Positions 1 to 11,870 of a DNA stretch of 64,000 bases are shown here, piece after piece (position 1 is the first letter of the stretch; every line of letters starts with the position of its first letter). The stretch is from Trichoplax adhaerens (taxonomy: Eukaryota; Animalia; Placozoa), in NCBI RefSeq assembly GCF_000150275.1, contig NW_002060982.1, forward strand, positions 118,358 to 182,357, written 5' to 3'. The translations under genes and the position numbers were made by a program. The notes under the pieces were generated by a model. The model worked only from the letters and a program-made list of their open reading frames with translations, did not search any database and was not told the origin of the DNA.

Positions 1-202
1 AGCATGGTATATGACCGGTGGGATTGACCTCCTTGTACCATTCAGGCTTGTTATGGACATCGACGTAAGCATATTCATAGTCGATGCCTTTTGCACCCAA
101 TACAAAACGAATTCCAGCACTATAAGGATCAAATCGCGAAGTGTACAGTCGCGGCTTCGATGATTTTGCTGGACGTTGACTATCTTTGCCCAAGAATGAC
201 AT
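1..202 (-). CDS. Omega-class-like glutathione S-transferase, copy 1 (5' part only; runs off the left edge of the window)
   Basis: Not in the ORF track. Reverse complement from the ATG at 202 reads MSFLGKDSQRPAKSSKPRLYTSRFDPYSAGIRFVLGAKGIDYEYAYVDVHNKPEWYKEVNPTGHIPC, a close paralogue of the N-terminus of 1650..2369 and divergently oriented to it. Confidence 0.9.
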   Translation of the reverse strand, partial: MSFLGKDSQRPAKSSKPRLYTSRFDPYSAGIRFVLGAKGIDYEYAYVDVHNKPEWYKEVNPTGHIPC

Positions 203-896
203 ACTTTCAGAGTCGATTTCAAAGCGTGCACAGTACAACAAAAAGTAGACGAGCAAAACAAGGATTCCCGAGTTGGAACTTGAGCTCGTTCTGCAGCAAG
301 ACACGATATTTATACTATCGGGGCTTTAAGTGGGCGGGATAAAGCGAACAGATAAGAATTTAGCGGGATAGACTGTCTGGTTTTGTACTTTATGCATATG
401 CTACTATCCACAGAGCAGCACGCTACAAACAATGGAACAGCGTGTAAATAGTACAGTTTTACAGAATCATATTTTCTAGCTACATTTTATTGAACAGCTA
501 CAATTCTAATGGTGAATAGTTTAGTCTCATGGGCATGTTAAGGATAGCAGCGTTTTTTTGAATAAATCCAAAAGCATAAACGGTAGATTGGTGTTGCGTT
601 TGGTAAAGTACTTGAATGTACCGTGTCCTAATATACAGTGAATATGACAATATACACATACACATGTAACGGTACCGTACTATATTTATTCGGAGGCGGA
701 TCTTTTAACTAGTAATATGGCAAGAATTAAATTAACATCGTACATGTTCGTGCAGCTCATTTGGAGAATAAAAGAGCTGTTGACACAAAAGTGCTGAATC
801 ATTATTATCTGCAAAATTCTTTCCACGCGATTGGCTACTGAATGCAAGACAATCAAAACATGAAATAGTTTACGATTAATAATAAGAATAAGAATA

Positions 897-928
897 ACTA
901 GTGCAAACTCCCGTCGCTTTACTGACGG
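897..928 (-). mobile_element. Helitron-like 3' terminus (hairpin followed by CTAG|T)
   Basis: Minus strand reads CCGTC-AGTAAAGC-GACGG-GAGTTTGCA-CTAG-T: an 18-nt hairpin 9 nt before CTAG, then T. A 28/29 identical copy lies at 31145-31173. No 5' TC end or Rep/helicase ORF was found. Confidence 0.55.
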
Positions 929-951
929 TTTACGATAATGTGCTCATTTAA

Positions 952-1012
952 CAGAGGTTCAGTAACTTTATACCGTACCGTGTAGACCTGTCAGAGGTTC
1001 AGTAACTTTATA
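952..1012. repeat. 21-bp direct repeat, two copies (CAGAGGTTCAGTAACTTTATA)
   Basis: Exact copies at 952-972 and 992-1012, 40-bp period. Confidence 0.85.
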
Positions 1013-1014
1013 TC

Positions 1015-1080
1015 GTGTACTGTGTACAGTACTGTACTGTACTGTAATGTACTAATCGAGTTACTGTACAGTACAGTACG
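1015..1080. repeat. ACAGT/ACTGT-rich simple sequence
   Basis: Dense run of TACTG/CAGTA units in both orientations. Similar patches lie at about 2770-2870, 11575-11630 and 11870-11930. Confidence 0.7.
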
Positions 1081-1649
1081 TCGTTTACCATTATTTTATT
1101 TTTTTCATGATATCTATTAAATGGGCTATTTAATTACTTGTTTGCCCCTCGATGCTGTCGCGGACTGTCAACAAAAAGCCCAAGGATCTCTGAGGAGCAT
1201 GTGCTCACAAATGGAAGCTATAATAACGCCATTAAATTAAATTAATGTTGAATGTTAAAATTTGTAATATGCACTAACTCCATATACAGTATATGTACTA
1301 TATATATATACCATATACACCACTACAGTACGTGAATGTTTCAAGATTGCAAGTTGCAATTTCTTCAAATTGATCGCGCGCGCTACTGTGCTACTGCAAT
1401 GTATAACATTTCAAATTTTATTTTCAGTAAGTTATACACGCGTAGGCAATAAATAATAATATAAATAAATAATAATGTTAATAAGAATCATAACACTATA
1501 ATAATTATTTATAACACACCGAAATTACAATGTAGGCGAATGTACCGACGTACTCTACATGTACAATACGTGTATTTATGTACTGTACTCGTATATAAAG
1601 AACAACAAAGTCTAACAAGTTTCATAATACCTAAAGTACGAATACAGTA

Positions 1650-2369
1650 ATGTCGCTTTTGAGCAAGGGAAGCCCACGTCCAGCTAAATCTTCCAAGCCG
1701 CGCTTGTACACGGCAAGATTTGATCCCTACAGTGCTGGAATACGTTTCCTTCTGAACAAAAAAGGGGTCGATTACGACTTTGTCTACATCAATATGCAAG
1801 ACAAACCAGAATGGCTGGCAGATATTAATCCTGCAGGTCAGATTCCTATAATGGAAATTGGTGATGAAATTGTCTGCGAAACGATTGTGATTTATGATTA
1901 CTTAGAGGATAAGTTTCCTCAGGTCAAAACTCAGCCAACAGATCCTTACTTAAAAGCCAAAGATAAAATTTTTATAGATCATACTAAAGAATATTTAACC
2001 GGCAAGATAACTTCGATGGTTAAAAATCCAACACAAGAAAATATTGAGTATGTCTGCAGTGTCTTGAAATCGATCAATAAGATCATGGGCGAACGAGGAA
2101 CTGATTTCCTCGGTGGTACCAGCCCAAATTTCGTTGATTACTATCTATGGGGATGGGTAGAATTACTTTCTGCCTTGAAAGCCGCTCATGAATTATCATT
2201 CGAATTGGATAAAGACGAGTATAAGCATTATTGGGCATGGGTAATGAAAATGGACAAGGACCAACACATCAATAATGATCGTGAGACTCATAAGCTGAAT
2301 CTAAAGTGTCGGACAGCATTCTTTAAATCTGTAATTAACGGATCACCCGATGTAAATGCTGGATTATAG
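1650..2369 (+). CDS. Omega-class-like glutathione S-transferase, copy 2 (239 aa, single coding exon)
   Basis: Omega-type N-terminal extension (LSKGSPRP), RLY..RF-x-PY, KPEW..INP.GQIP (cis-Pro loop), CETIVIYDYL, P.DPY.KA, and the C-terminal FLGG.SP.FVDY..W.W motif. The active-site motif is DPYS rather than CPF/YA. Confidence 0.92.
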   Translation: MSLLSKGSPRPAKSSKPRLYTARFDPYSAGIRFLLNKKGVDYDFVYINMQDKPEWLADINPAGQIPIMEIGDEIVCETIVIYDYLEDKFPQVKTQPTDPYLKAKDKIFIDHTKEYLTGKITSMVKNPTQENIEYVCSVLKSINKIMGERGTDFLGGTSPNFVDYYLWGWVELLSALKAAHELSFELDKDEYKHYWAWVMKMDKDQHINNDRETHKLNLKCRTAFFKSVINGSPDVNAGL

Positions 2370-3047
2370 ACGTACTATCATGAATTTGGGATATTTGGAG
2401 ATTAATTGACTGATCATCATTATCATAGGTTATGGTCAAAATCGACAAATCTATATATATGACATATATACAGTACTAGTTCTAGTCTTTAGCAACAGTA
2501 AATATTTAATTCATTTTGCCTGTTGGAGATGGCCTGTACTGTATAATGTTGCATATTAATAGATTGCATGTGGGAGATCATCTGTAGAATTATATTATTC
2601 TTGAACTCAATTATATCAGGACACGGTGATTTTTTCCAATGTCATATCTTTTCTGCTCGTTGTACATCAAGTTTTTGCTCAAATAAAGTCGATGCTTCTT
2701 CCCAAAAAGTTAATCAAGTAACCTTGTTGCAATTGTTGTGTACAGTATGTTAGTGGAGGCATGATGGAGGTGTGTTGTACTGTACGGTGTACCTTGTACG
2801 CTGTTCACTACAGTAGTACCCTGGTCACCGCACCTGTCTACTGTACACAGTACTGCACAGTAGACAGGTATGGAGCACTGATTTACAGAAGGCAGCACTG
2901 TAGATCTTCTGTAAGTTTGATGTAAATTGTTTACAGTCTGCATGAACTGCAATTGCATTGCAACCAAGTTGAGATGCGTTGGAACATGATCAAAAATTGG
3001 ATTTGCTAATGCCATATTAGTGCACTAGCTACTGTATTCAAAATTGC

Positions 3048-3766
3048 ATGATGTCGATGTTAAGTCAAGGATGTGAGCGACCAGCTAAGAGTAGTAAATT
3101 ACGCTTGTATGGGACAAGATTTGATGCTTACTGTGTCGGATTTCGCCTAATGCTTATGGCTAAGGGAGTTGATTTCGAATTTGCTTTGCTTGATATGATT
3201 AACAAGCCAGATTGGTTCAAAGAGGTCAACCCAACTGGTAGAGTACCTACTGTGGAATTTGGAGACGAAACGGTCGGAGAGACCTTGGTGATTTACGATC
3301 ATATTGAAAATAAATTTCCAGAAAAACCCATGCGCCCAACTGATGCTTAGAAAAAAGCTAAAGATGCTGAATTAATGTCGCGTTTCGCTGAGCATTTTGC
3401 ACCTCACATCTATGGAATGGTTAGAGCCCCGAAGGACCATATAGATGCTGTCAAGTCCGGATTAGAGAAAGTGAATAAAGTTTTACCTCATCGAGCAACT
3501 GATTACTTTGGTGGTTCCTCTCCCAATTTAGTTGATTTTTATGTATGGGGTTGGGTAGGATTGCTACCACCTTTACATAGAGTTCATAAACTAAAAGCAA
3601 CTACTCGGAGGGTCATCATAACCATTACTTGGCTTGGTTGTCTCGCATGAAAGAACATCCTTTAGTTCTGGCTGAACGAAAGTACGTCAAAGTCGATGTG
3701 GATATCCAGACACAGTTTATACAATCTGCACTCGATGGAAAAGCAAATCACTTAATTGGGTATTAA
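3048..3766 (+). pseudogene. Omega-class-like GST, copy 3, disrupted by an in-frame stop and a frameshift
   Basis: ORFs 3048..3350 and 3375..3650 are in the same frame, split by a TAG at 3348-3350 that aligns with the Tyr of PTDPY in copy 2. After a frameshift near 3595 another frame gives YSEGHHNHYLAWLSRMKEHPLVLAERKYVKVDVDIQTQFIQSALDGKANHLIGY* (TAA 3764-3766), which aligns with the C-terminus of copy 2. Confidence 0.85.
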
Positions 3767-3896
3767 ACTTCATTCTATTTTAGAGATTGTAACGAGCCTT
3801 CAGTACAGTAGTGTACTTTAAAGGAGAGAATTTGCTTTTGTTTAAATTACTTTGGATCAATTTTGCTAATTTAATATGATTAGCGGCTGTAGATCC

Positions 3897-4003
3897 ATTC
3901 TATAATTTTACATATTATTTATTTTTGTTAAGTTCATGCAGCGGAGAAATTCTATAACTTTACATATTAATTATTTTTGTTACATTCGTGCTGCCAAGAA
4001 ATT
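3897..4003. repeat. Degenerate tandem duplication, unit about 53 bp, two copies
   Basis: ATTCTATAA.TT.ACATATTA.TTATTTTTGTTA..TTC.TGC.GC..AGAA occurs twice in tandem. Confidence 0.75.
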
Positions 4004-7000
4004 AAATGTACGGTAATGTTTTACATACTGTAGATGTAAGTGATTGCTTTCAACAGTGCTGAAATTGATTGATCTAGCTCACGTAGAACAACCCATGGAA
4101 GCATAGGCTATTAAAAAATAATTTTTTGCGATTTAAGGTATATTAGACTTATTTACTTAAAAGGTATATCGCATTATTATAATATTGGACAGAGTCTGTG
4201 ATCTTGTTTTAAGTTTTGATCCAATTTGCTCCTTAATCTCATAAAGACTTCTCTTGTGTACAAACTACGTTAAGGTACAGTATTGCACAAAATATATAAA
4301 TAAATTAATACCGTTGTAGATGATATAATTTAACTTTGGATAACTTGCATTGGTTTGCATTCTGAGATTTCCCGGATTTATAATCTGAATTTGGGATTTA
4401 GAGCATCACCTAAAATTTGATACAAACTCATGATAGCCAATATTGCGCTGTGGAACAACGGAACTATATTCAGTATACTAATGCACATTATTTGAGGACA
4501 TTGTACGCACGTATGAGCAATTATAAGTTCAATTTATGTTATTTCCGGGATCGTATAAGCACACGGACTACAAATTTAACTAACATTAAATGATTTCAGA
4601 ATCTGTGTTAAAGTTTTGAGGTATGCATGTTCACTGTGTATTGTGCCGCATGTACGTTGCCTGGGATCGTACTGTTCATATTAAATTAAATTAAATTTAA
4701 TTTATTACGCATTGGACAAAAAGTATCAAAGGATATTACTGGCTTTATTGCATCAATTAGAAAATGATTGCAGTTCAAAGTAAAATTGAGCTGCAATGGA
4801 GTTTACAGGTACGGCTTGTAAAAGTGCTTGATTATGCAAGCCTTCCAAGGATTGCCAGATTCTCCGATAATTTTATAATACAGTATATTTAATCCATCCA
4901 TACCTATATAGAGCTGGGTAATGGGCAGCTTCATTCGATTTATGCTAATGAGGTATAGCATACTTTTCGAGGATATTGATTTTAAAGAATACGCTATGAG
5001 ACAGTCTTAAAGTTACCTATAGATTTTGCTGTTAATCGTGTTCTTCGCTACAGCAAACGCTACATATTTGAAATGTTATTAACAGTGTTTAGTATGAACT
5101 TTGTACGCGCCCACTACAATGTTAATTTGATTAGCGCTTTGTCCTAGGATTGAGTTCTACAAAGAAAGAAATGGCAAAGTTTAAATGTATGATATGTGGC
5201 TTAATTTTCTAATAGTAGGAAAATGACTATCAATAACTAAAGGTATTTTTTCAGCATTATTTGAATTGGGTAATTTGTAAGATTGCAATTTATTCAACGT
5301 ACTAAGTGCACCATTGGTATACTATATGGCCGTTACTATTTTTTACGATAAGAGACTTCATCAATGCCGTTGACTGAGGGCTGCAAATTACTGAACAACC
5401 AGAATTATGTAAAAAATTGAACTATCCAAGTGTATAACGAATTTCTAATATTACTATTTATTATTTTTCTTTTGTAAAAACTGATGTAATTCTCTTAAAG
5501 AATCTGCCACAATTAGGGGAAAATATCAGTGTTGATAGTGATCAATATAGTATTTAATCAATTGACTCTACTTCTATGAGTATTGTACCTTTTAGTATCA
5601 GTGTTTTCTAAGTAAAAGTCCTGTATTTATGGGTCCTTTAACCACAACAATTCCAGTTATTATTAATATTAACATTATTAATAGAGTTATTTACCGTTAC
5701 TAGATTTAAACTATTTTTATAGAATCCATTCGCAACTGATGACGAAACACGGTATTAGCAGATGAAATACTAATAATAATTAGTTTTGGACCCTCAAGCG
5801 GATCTCTGAATTCCGATCAAACTGCAAAATGGTAGCAGTAATTACGTAGCTTCATAATACTATAATTCCACTATGTTTTAGATTTACACGATATCAATAG
5901 CAAGTAATGAAGACCTTTGCAGTAATTTTACTGGTATTCACCTCGATAAAGTTGATCTACCGTTAATAATGCTCTAGAAGTTTAAGAATACATGCTTATT
6001 AATACTATATTCTGTAAAGTCTAGATTTACATTCCAACCATCAACGATTTTATAAACTATCATATTTAATTTACAATGTATCACTTTTACTGTCAATATT
6101 TTAAGATTGAATCAATATCAAGATGATTTCCTATTTCCTTTACAGCATAATCTATTGATTTAAGTGTCGAATATGTCAATAAATGCTTCAACCTCAAATC
6201 AATATGTTCATTAAATAGAATCACATATATAGTCATTAATCCGGTAATAGAAGGATAGAGCTGATATAGTAATGGTGTTTCAATGCCAGATGTTCATCCA
6301 GTAAATGACGTCAAAGATGACAATGGTCGGAATTTAGCTGATTGGAAGTTTCATGATCATAGTAATGTCTCTATGAAGATGATTTATTAAAACTGATAAA
6401 ACAGAGCTGATCTCACTTATTATAGCAGATGGTCTTGAATGCAACTCTAGGTGGCATATTGTTATGATACATAAAGACAGCTGACAGTAAAGAAAATTTA
6501 TATTTCTATTGCTGCATCATGGCTTCCAGAAAGGTAAAAAATCATAGAATTTTATTTCAAGATAAAATTGAAGATAACTCCTCTAAAAAATTCGGCACTG
6601 GGAAATATAATCGTAAAGCGCTAGATGCTATATTAAAATGTGAATTTTGGGTGGAAGAACAAATCAGAGAATTATATCACGTAGAGGTAAACTGACACGA
6701 TATCACAATTCTATATTACATGATAATTATTGGTTTGTGCTGGTAAAATATAAACTGCTAAGGCATAGAATTATTGTAAATTGAGGCATTTGAGGTTTTA
6801 AATGTTTGCTACTTCCACGGGCTATATTTTGTCATCATACTTCCTTGTAGGGCTGCTTAATGCAACAAAGCACATTATTGTCATTATTATCATTACATTT
6901 AGGAAAAATTACGTTTTCTAAATTGCCCTAAATTTGGCTGATATTGCGGCACTAATATTCCTATTGGAAGCAAATTGTTAGATTTGAGCATTCGTACCAA

Positions 7001-7458
7001 ATGTGATAATTAGTAGGTTATTCGTCAAGCCATGCTATAATGAAAGGGGTTATGACATCTATTTACGTGCAATTACTAACGAAACCAGAACATCCTAGTC
7101 AAACATTAGCTCCAGTTCTACAATTTCAATCAATTTGTACTACTCCTATATTAGCGATATTACCAATAATCTAAGAATCTTATTTAATGTTATCTTCAGA
7201 ATTTAGTACTTCACCTGACCCAATAATATCTTTGCTTTTGATCTTAATCACCACGAATTACAAGTAGGGTTAATGTTCTAAGATAAATATTATTTATTAT
7301 CGTTAATTGCCTTCATACAGTAATATAATAAATCAATAAGGAGTTTTTTGCTTCAGTTTAGCATCATTAATTCTAGTATAATCTAATTAAAAGTAAATTT
7401 AATTTTCACACTATCTATTAAAAATCTGAGATTTCAGATTATGTTTAATTATATCTAG

Positions 7459-7542
7459 GACTACAAAGAATTACCTGTACATATTGATGTCTATGCTCTG
7501 ATGGATATAACGGATTCAACCCGGCAGCGAAATGCAATCGAA
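7459..7542 (+). pseudogene. Decayed EGF-like exon (possible gene fossil)
   Basis: 84 nt bounded by TCTAG| and |GTAAGT. One frame reads ...TY*CLCSDGYNGFNPAAKCN, an EGF-type C-x-C-x-x-G-Y-x-G...C pattern with an internal TGA. Confidence 0.35.
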
Positions 7543-10500
7543 GTAAGTGTATTCGTATATGCAGTGTCATAAATAATGATCCACTATTAAGTATATTAAT
7601 GTTTAAAAAAATTTTAATAGCCATTGCAGCAGGAAGGATATTTGGATAGATAATTATAATCATGGAGTTGGTACTAAATTTCAGCAGTTAAAGTTAAAAT
7701 TAGTAGAGACTAAATCTAGCATCCTACCGATCATAGATTGATTTATGGAATACGGCTCTTGATTCAACATAACTTATTAAGTCTAAATTTGTTAGTAATT
7801 AAAAAATTTTGCGATGACACCATTCCAGTTAGTACGAAAATATTGACAGCTTTCAAACCAACTCCGCATTAAAAGCCTAAGATTTGACAGCGATATATTT
7901 AAGAATGTTTTCTTATTGTAAAATGCTATCATGTACTCTCTGCAATTTGTTCTGTTTCTTTTAACTTTTTCCTAAAGATGTAAAAGTACAGTAATTGTTG
8001 TGGTCTTAAATCATCTTTTGATAATGAAAGCCAAACGAATTCTTTTGTAATAACAAGCTAGCAAGACTTAATCATAATTTTAAATCTAAGCTTTTCTGAA
8101 AGTTTTTAAAACACAAATGAAAATCGAATTAATGACATTTTAATCTAGTCAACATTTGCTATTAGCTATCAAACTACTAAGTAAAAATATAATGATGCTA
8201 ACTAGAGGCAGTAAATTCCTATAGCATTGCTATTAATACCAGAAAATTGTTAAGTCCAATTATGTACTGCATGTAGGTTATTTTCTCATATAATCAATAG
8301 TAGAGCACTGTCCATGGCACTACCTATATTGCACAAATAAAAAAATAGATTATAAATAATGGATCATATACGACACTTTATGTAACGATCAACTAACGGC
8401 ATTTAATAGTAGAGTGAAATTAGAGGATTTGATATGACAATATTTGATAATACGGCATCTAAATTGTTCTAATCATTCATTTCCCTACATTTATCTTACG
8501 ACATTTTCCCCATTTCTGTTTAAAATAACTTTATTAAACAGTTATGTATCGACATAACAGCATGTAGCTAGGAGATTCTGATAGCCTTTGGTATGTCAAA
8601 TGATCAACGCAAAGTAATCAATATCTTCATTTTGAATAACTAGTTTGTATTTTGATTTATTAAGGATAAGGAGGCTGAAGGTAGTTTAAAATTTTTCTGA
8701 CTTGTTTCAATGAGTCAGCTACTTAGTATAAATATAAAGTATCTACCTGTATTTGCAATGTTAAATTTATATAAAATCCTTTTCTGACACACTATGAAAT
8801 TTCGCATATCGCATCATACGATCCAAAAGAGATACAAATTAAACTTAAGTTTTCTTTCGTGTTATTTGTTAGTTTTAGGAACCTAAATTTTGTTTATTAA
8901 CTTCTCTAGAAGCGTTTGTCTTAAGACAAGCTGGAAACAATTATTTTTCAATTTTTAATTGTTTCTTATTTTCTTATAGGCCCAACTCAGAAAATCGCCT
9001 TCCCCAAAGGAGGTAATATTAAATTTATAACTATCACTGCACGGTATTAACGTACTGTCTATTTAACGTCAATCTATGTAAATTTCAAAACGCTTCAATA
9101 TTGATTTTGTGAAGCTGTTACTAGATATTGAATATTTACTTCCAGTATCTTTACGAAACTTAGCTACATTATGTATAAGTCGATGACTAGAGATTAAATT
9201 ATAGTCTATCATTAATTTTCGTAGAGATTATGTAGAGCCTTTCCTACCTCGCATAATTTTAACATTTAGTTCTAATTAATTAAATATGAAATGGATTAGT
9301 TAAATTATTTGTACTAATAATTAAGTTACCAAATTGTCACACTCCATGTATTATATCAAGCTACAATTTACATTAGTGATACTATGGGATTTCTGTAGAA
9401 TCAGATAAACTAATATAAATAGTTTGCATTGCAGTTAAATTTAAATATAGCCAATTTGAAATTAAAGTAATCTTTAATATACTAGAAAAGTAGTAGTGAC
9501 AAGAATAGATTCAGTGGGCTAATTAAGTCGTTAGAAAAGCAGCCTAAGGCGAGAATTCTTTGCTACTGTCATGTAGATTTACAAGCGACAAGCCAATAGA
9601 AGTGAATTAAGCACTGAAAATAATAAGCTTTCACCAATACTAATTACTTTTATTTTTATGTTAATCTAGAATTTCGTCAACGTTTTAATGGGTAAACTTG
9701 AAGAGTTACATCATTTAAATAACTGAAACTAGAATTGACGTAAATGTTGCACCTTGCTTGTGGTTAAATTGGATATAATAATAGTAGAACCTTGTCATAT
9801 CGTACAAATATATATTAGCCACATAAGATGACCGTAATTCAATAAACCTTAAGGAAGGCTAATCGATGACTTCGATATACTTCATATGCAAAATGATTAT
9901 TTTTGATTCGATTCGATTTGAATGTTTATTAATGACGTAAAACTGTATTCTATCCTGTCAACCCTTTATAAAAATTAATATTATTCTGGTTATAGATTGT
10001 AACAATCCGAATTTTGAGATTTAATGATCCTTTGCATTGTGTATAGTTATTACTATTTATTTGTAAAAGTGTCTTCAAATCCGCTGTTTTTCTAATAGCA
10101 ACTGAAGAAACTTTTTCTGTAGGTTTTATAAATAAAATGCTGAATGATGTACTTATTATCCGTAAATGTAAGTGTGTTATGGCTAGACTAAATGTGTAAC
10201 TGTGTTGGTGTACATAGATATTTACTTTAGACTATTATACACTCTGAAACAGGGCCAATATTAGACTGCAATTACCTCCATTATTTACTTCTCAAAGTGC
10301 CACTGTACTGTCTACCTGATGATAACGAACCTTAGTTATTATTATACAGTGTAAAAGTGTATGACATATGCATCTAAGTCTTGGGTATTTTATCCTAATT
10401 AACGGCATTTCTATCACTAACTGGTATTGCATTATACTCGCGTGGTAATCATTTCATAGAATAATTTGAAAAATGAATCAAGATTAATAAAAGTAATGAA

Positions 10501-11633
10501 TGCGTACAGCGCGGTTGACTTCCTGTATGAGCTGATGTACTATTTTAATCATATATCCTTGTAAGTGATTTTCATATTGATTTAACTGTCTATCTGTAGC
10601 TTGCGTATAACAAGTTACTGTGAATATACATATTTTAGTGAATATTTGCACGGCTACAGATAGGTAAACAGGTTTAATGACCAGATAGCACACTAAGAAT
10701 ACAGAAGGCTGAGTGTACATTAGTTCAGATGTCTAAGGTATAATTTCAGTTTACTATGTGCAATTGTAAAATATCCACAAGTACAATCCTGGACATAATC
10801 CATAGATCATCACGATGTATAATGTGAATGATGAAAAAATGTTGTTGGAGTCACAAAAATTTTGTCAGTACGAAGGTGATTTATTTTGCTTTGACTAAAA
10901 ATCGCCAATTTAATAACTTGATTGTAAATCTTGTAGGAAAACAGATGCTATAGTAAAGGTAAAAAAGCCCCGATAATAAATGGTACGATAGCCATAGCAA
11001 TGCGTTAGGGACTGGAGTTTCAAAGATATTGCATTTAAGGGTTGGATTAGTTGAAATTCGCTATTGATTAAGTGCTGTAAAAATGCAAAACGCCTCGGTA
11101 TGCAACATTAGCAGGTCTCAATAGCTATCGTCTGATTGGCTCGGAGTGACTCGAAGGAGTCCTATTCAAGCATAACGCTGGGTATTGACATTTTCGATGT
11201 TGCTTTAAGAAGAATAGAGGCTGATTCTTTTGCAAGCAATTCCGTCTGAGATGTCGCTGTGTCTCTGAAACGTAGAACAGAATGAACTTTGTAAGTCTAA
11301 TAAAAGAATGATTAACTTTGTTCTCAAAGGACTCTAGTGGGCCCACTGACGACTACAATATTATTAATTAATAATATAACACGGATACTAGCAATAGTTA
11401 TACAATTATCTAAATGTTAGCTTACGGCCAATGTCTGAAGTTGGGCGCTACGCGTATTGGCCAGTATGCAGTATACAATATAGTATAATTTATCCGATTG
11501 AGTCATGCGCGTATACTGTACAATGTACATGTACCGCAAGCAAGGGTTCCTCTACCAGTTAACCTTTAACCTTAACTAAGTACTGCAGTGTACAGTACTT
11601 TATACAGTAATTTACAGTAGCCTGTACTGTATA

Positions 11634-11870
11634 AAAATGACTCACATCAGCCAAAACTATCAAGACTTTAGTAGCCAATGATACGATGTATGCGTTCAGA
11701 AATCTGGAATAAATGACTCAAATCAGTCAAAATGATCAAGATTTCAGTAGCCAATGATACAATGTATGCGTTCAGAAATCTGGAATAAATGACTCAAATC
11801 AGTCAAAATGATCAAGATTTGTGTAAGATTTTAGTAGCCAATGATATGCGGTCAGAGATCTGGAATAAAT
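11634..11870. repeat. 76-bp tandem repeat, three copies, each with TGACTCA and AGCCAATG
   Basis: Units begin at 11636, 11712 and 11788. The third has a small insertion and a small deletion. Confidence 0.92.

Noticed and set aside
91-342. 83-aa plus-strand ORF
   Set aside because: Antisense shadow of the real minus-strand GST that starts at 202; no recognisable motifs.
1509-1799. 96-aa minus-strand ORF; likewise 17156..17377 and 35902..36309
   Set aside because: Antisense shadows of the GST, P450 and GPCR coding regions.
3348-3350. In-frame TAG as programmed readthrough or recoding
   Set aside because: A second lesion (frameshift) lies downstream and the other genes use the standard code, so pseudogenisation or error is simpler.
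10484-11270. Minus-strand hydrophobic peptides (IVPFIIGAFLPLL*HLFSYKIY, VIKPVY) reminiscent of GPCR TM5-TM7
   Set aside because: No intact DRY, CWxP or NPxxY motif and many stops; not distinguishable from AT-rich noise by eye.
11634-11870. 76-bp repeats as a CRISPR array, or ORF 11789..11986 as a gene
   Set aside because: The units are contiguous with no unique spacers, the context is eukaryotic with no cas genes, and the ORF is just the translated repeat.
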